Source of the DNA: Podarcis gaigeae
Taxonomy: Eukaryota
DNA: 64,000 nucleotides
Strand: one strand, 5' to 3'
NCBI GenBank assembly: GCA_964106915.2
Contig: OZ066914.1
This document shows, in pieces, positions 61,380 to 64,000 of the stretch (position 1 is the stretch's first letter; each line of letters begins with the position of its first letter). A program made the translations under genes and the position numbers. The notes under the pieces were generated by a model. That model did no database searches. It saw only the letters and a list, made by a program, of their open reading frames with translations, and was not told the origin of the DNA.

Positions 61380-62735
61380 TTATTTAAAATTTGACATATT
61401 CTTAGAGTGTCAGTATCAGATTTGCTTTCCAATATGTTATGGAAACAATTCTAGCTGCCAATTCTAGCTGATGGAAGAGAAATGTATCTTTATCAGAGAA
61501 GCAGGTTGTTGGAGGTTTTGCAGCCATGGAGGGAAAACCAGCTTACTTCAATCCCAAGCCCTACCAATACCCTCCCCAGTGGTTCACTAATTGTAATTGA
61601 CAACAGACCTATTTAAATAATCTCTGTAGTTCTGTTAGACTTGTTACAGAATGATTAAACCAATGACTGAACTCTCTTCGGAGTGCAACCTTCATGCCAA
61701 CGCACAAGCATGCTAATACTCAAGATCAGTTTTACGGATCATTTGAACAGCATGACAGGGACTGTCAGTAAATCATATATTGCTCAGGTGATCATTAACT
61801 GTTTACAGTGGACCCTCTGGTTATGAATTTAATTTGTTTCGGTGGTCCGTGTAGACCCCAAAGAATCCGTAACCAGAGGCGCTGCTTCTGCGGACGCAGA
61901 AAGCATGATAGAGCATATACACCCAGCGTGCAGAGTGCTTCTGTGCATGCGGCAAAAACTGGAAGAATACACTTCCGAGTTGGCCGCTTTCGCAACCCGA
62001 AGATTACATATTCAGAGCGGTATGTAACTGAAGCGTCTACTGTAGTTTAAGTTGCCATTCTTCTTTAGCTAGGACTTTGCTTGCTTTCCAAATCCTCCAT
62101 TATTTCCTTCAATTCATCCTGGTGGAAGAAGCTGCAGCTAGCGCTTCTCTCCCAATCTTTTGAAGCAAACCCACCTCGTTCTTATTCAGGAACACAGCCA
62201 ATTCTTCTGCATCCGTGGGATCCAATTCCACAAGGCCTGTGGCTACAATCGCAAGGAACGATTATGTTAATGGTTCACTCACTCTAGTATAAATCCCCCC
62301 TCCTAATCATAGCAGTCCCTAAAGTTACCAAGCTGGAGAGAGGACTCCAATTGAAAAGGTCCGTGTTACTGTTTTGGACAGCAGGTGAGCAGTATAAGAG
62401 AGCTTCTTGCCTGTAGTTCACAAGAGAAAGTTTTTGTTCATCAGAATTGAGCTAGAAGGAAGGCGAGGGCTTTCGTGTTACAGTTAGAAGCCCAGGGGGA
62501 GCTGTGCCATCTGACACTGGGGTGTAGACATAGGGGTTAGATAAGCAATAATAAAAATAATTTTATTATTTGTACTCTGCCCATTTGACTGGGTTGCCCC
62601 AGCCACTTCAATTGCATAGAAGACTTCTCAGTTTGGGGATTCTGGTGAGCAACAAAGAACTGATCTCTCTCCCAGGTGCTCATCACAGGCATTGTTTCTG
62701 CTGGTACCAGCCCATCCGCTTTCACCTCCCAAGCT

Positions 62736-63515
62736 ATGTTGATCCTATCCTGTGCGTCCAAGTTGCAATTGCTGGAGACACTGCTGAAGAGAAACCTCCC
62801 TCAGACAGTTGCGGTAATCTTGAGCTTTGTAATCTGGTTTAAGAGCTAGGAATGGGGGCAGGTTCCTGGCAACATCTCTTGATCTTTCCAAAACTCCACA
62901 TTTTGAAGCTGAGAACATCGTTACATGTTACATTTTTAGGTGCATGCCTTAAGTTTTTATGTTCAACAAGCAGGTGCTTGAAAATGTGTGTATCATGTTG
63001 ATATGCTCAGCAGAGAGCTAGGATTCGTGAGAAATATGTGTAATATGAGACACGGCCTTGTGGGCTCCTAGATTTTGTTAAACAGCTGATAAACAGGAAG
63101 TCCTCAGTCAAGGTAATACCATTCAAGGGCTAGTCACTAACAGTGGGGATTCATGCAGCAGATCAAAATCTGAATTAGGGGCCACACCACCGATTCTCTC
63201 CTCAAAAGTTTTTCTTAGGCTGCTTCTTTCAGCTGCAACACCAAGGGAAATCGACAGATTCTCCTGTCCCTTGTGCTCACTCGGATCAGGACACCCCACT
63301 CAAGGCATGCAGCAGACACAAGCCTGACACACCAGACCCCACACATTTCTCCCAGGCTGCCTCCTTCAACTGCAGCACCAACTCTGACATCCTATGACTT
63401 TTGACAGGTCTATGGTGCAGTCGTGAATATAAACCGTGGGAACCCAGTGGGCCATGAGGTGATTGTGGATTCTTGGCCGGATTGCAAAGCGGTCCTGACT
63501 CGTCCACGGACAGAG
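62736..63515 (+). CDS. GLYATL3-like gene A' (near-identical duplicate of gene A), exons 1-2 only; remainder expected beyond the window
   Basis: join(62736..62813,63408..63515) encodes the same peptide as gene A exons 1-2, with one synonymous ACG/ACA change seen; offset 13941 bp. Confidence 0.8.
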
Positions 63516-64000
63516 GTAGTAGCCTTTGGGGATTTTGTGGGAGGTGCTTTGTGGGATGTCAGCAGGAAATGCTGCGTGTTGTGTGCTGGGACTTCCTCTA
63601 AGCCAGGCTCAAACCGAAGGGGATGTTGGCTTTTGTTTAGGAGGGCACCTTTGGCAGGGGTCATTCCACATCAAATCCACTCAAAAAACAAGGGTTTCAT
63701 CACCCACTGTCTTGGATTTTGATGAAACTTGGTGTACACCCTTCCTTTATGGTTGAAAGAAACCCCCTTAAATTTTCCCCCTCTATCTCAAATGGTTTTA
63801 ATTTTATAGCACTTCAAAGTTTTGTGAAATCTGCGCTGTCTGTCCCTCTTGAGACCCTCGGCACATGTACATTTCATTTTTTTCTCCATAAACAATGATC
63901 AGATCAGTTTTTCTAGTGTTGAAGTGGTTTTGATCAATTGTGTTTGATCTGTGCACATCCATTGTGAAAATTCAATTGGATTACTTCCTGATAGCCAATT

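Larger units (their letters stand above)
58343..63580 (+). repeat. Segmental duplication, copy 2
   Basis: Matches 45147-49640 with an offset of 13196 bp rising to 13941 bp after indels, including the 60521-61379 insertion. Confidence 0.92.

Noticed and set aside
1-64000. Prokaryotic features (CRISPR arrays, operons, rRNA)
   Set aside because: This is intron-rich vertebrate DNA; no repeat-spacer arrays or rRNA-like sequence were seen.

Overview
Vertebrate genomic DNA, very probably a squamate (likely lacertid) lizard judging from the repeat content. Gene order: SSH3 (+, 14 coding exons, 767 aa); an intact 17-exon MondoA/ChREBP (MLXIP/MLXIPL)-family gene (+, 759 aa); POLD4 (-, 4 coding exons, 110 aa); then a tandem array of GLYATL3-like glycine N-acyltransferase genes (two complete, a third cut by the window end) built from a ~13-14 kb duplicated unit. 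All exon models were built by hand from GT-AG sites with consistent phases. The most notable observation is the Mondo-family gene between SSH3 and POLD4, where I know of no such coding gene in human. It keeps the NES, 14-3-3 helix, leucine zipper and Mlx-binding DCD. It has lost the E-box-reading His/Glu of the bHLH basic region, the MCR4 basic NLS cluster and the MCR6 S-x-T-x-x-S/T motif, so it is a candidate third Mondo paralogue acting as an Mlx/14-3-3 decoy. Other highlights are a collapsed 'ghost' array unit with both GLYATL genes deleted, a retroposon inserted between the polypyrimidine tract and AG of a POLD4 acceptor, an ~860 bp insertion with asymmetric inverted repeats and no integrase-type TSD, a U12-type intron and a strong-context uORF. 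Comparisons with human proteins are from memory, not from searches, and repeat boundaries are approximate unless TSDs are given.
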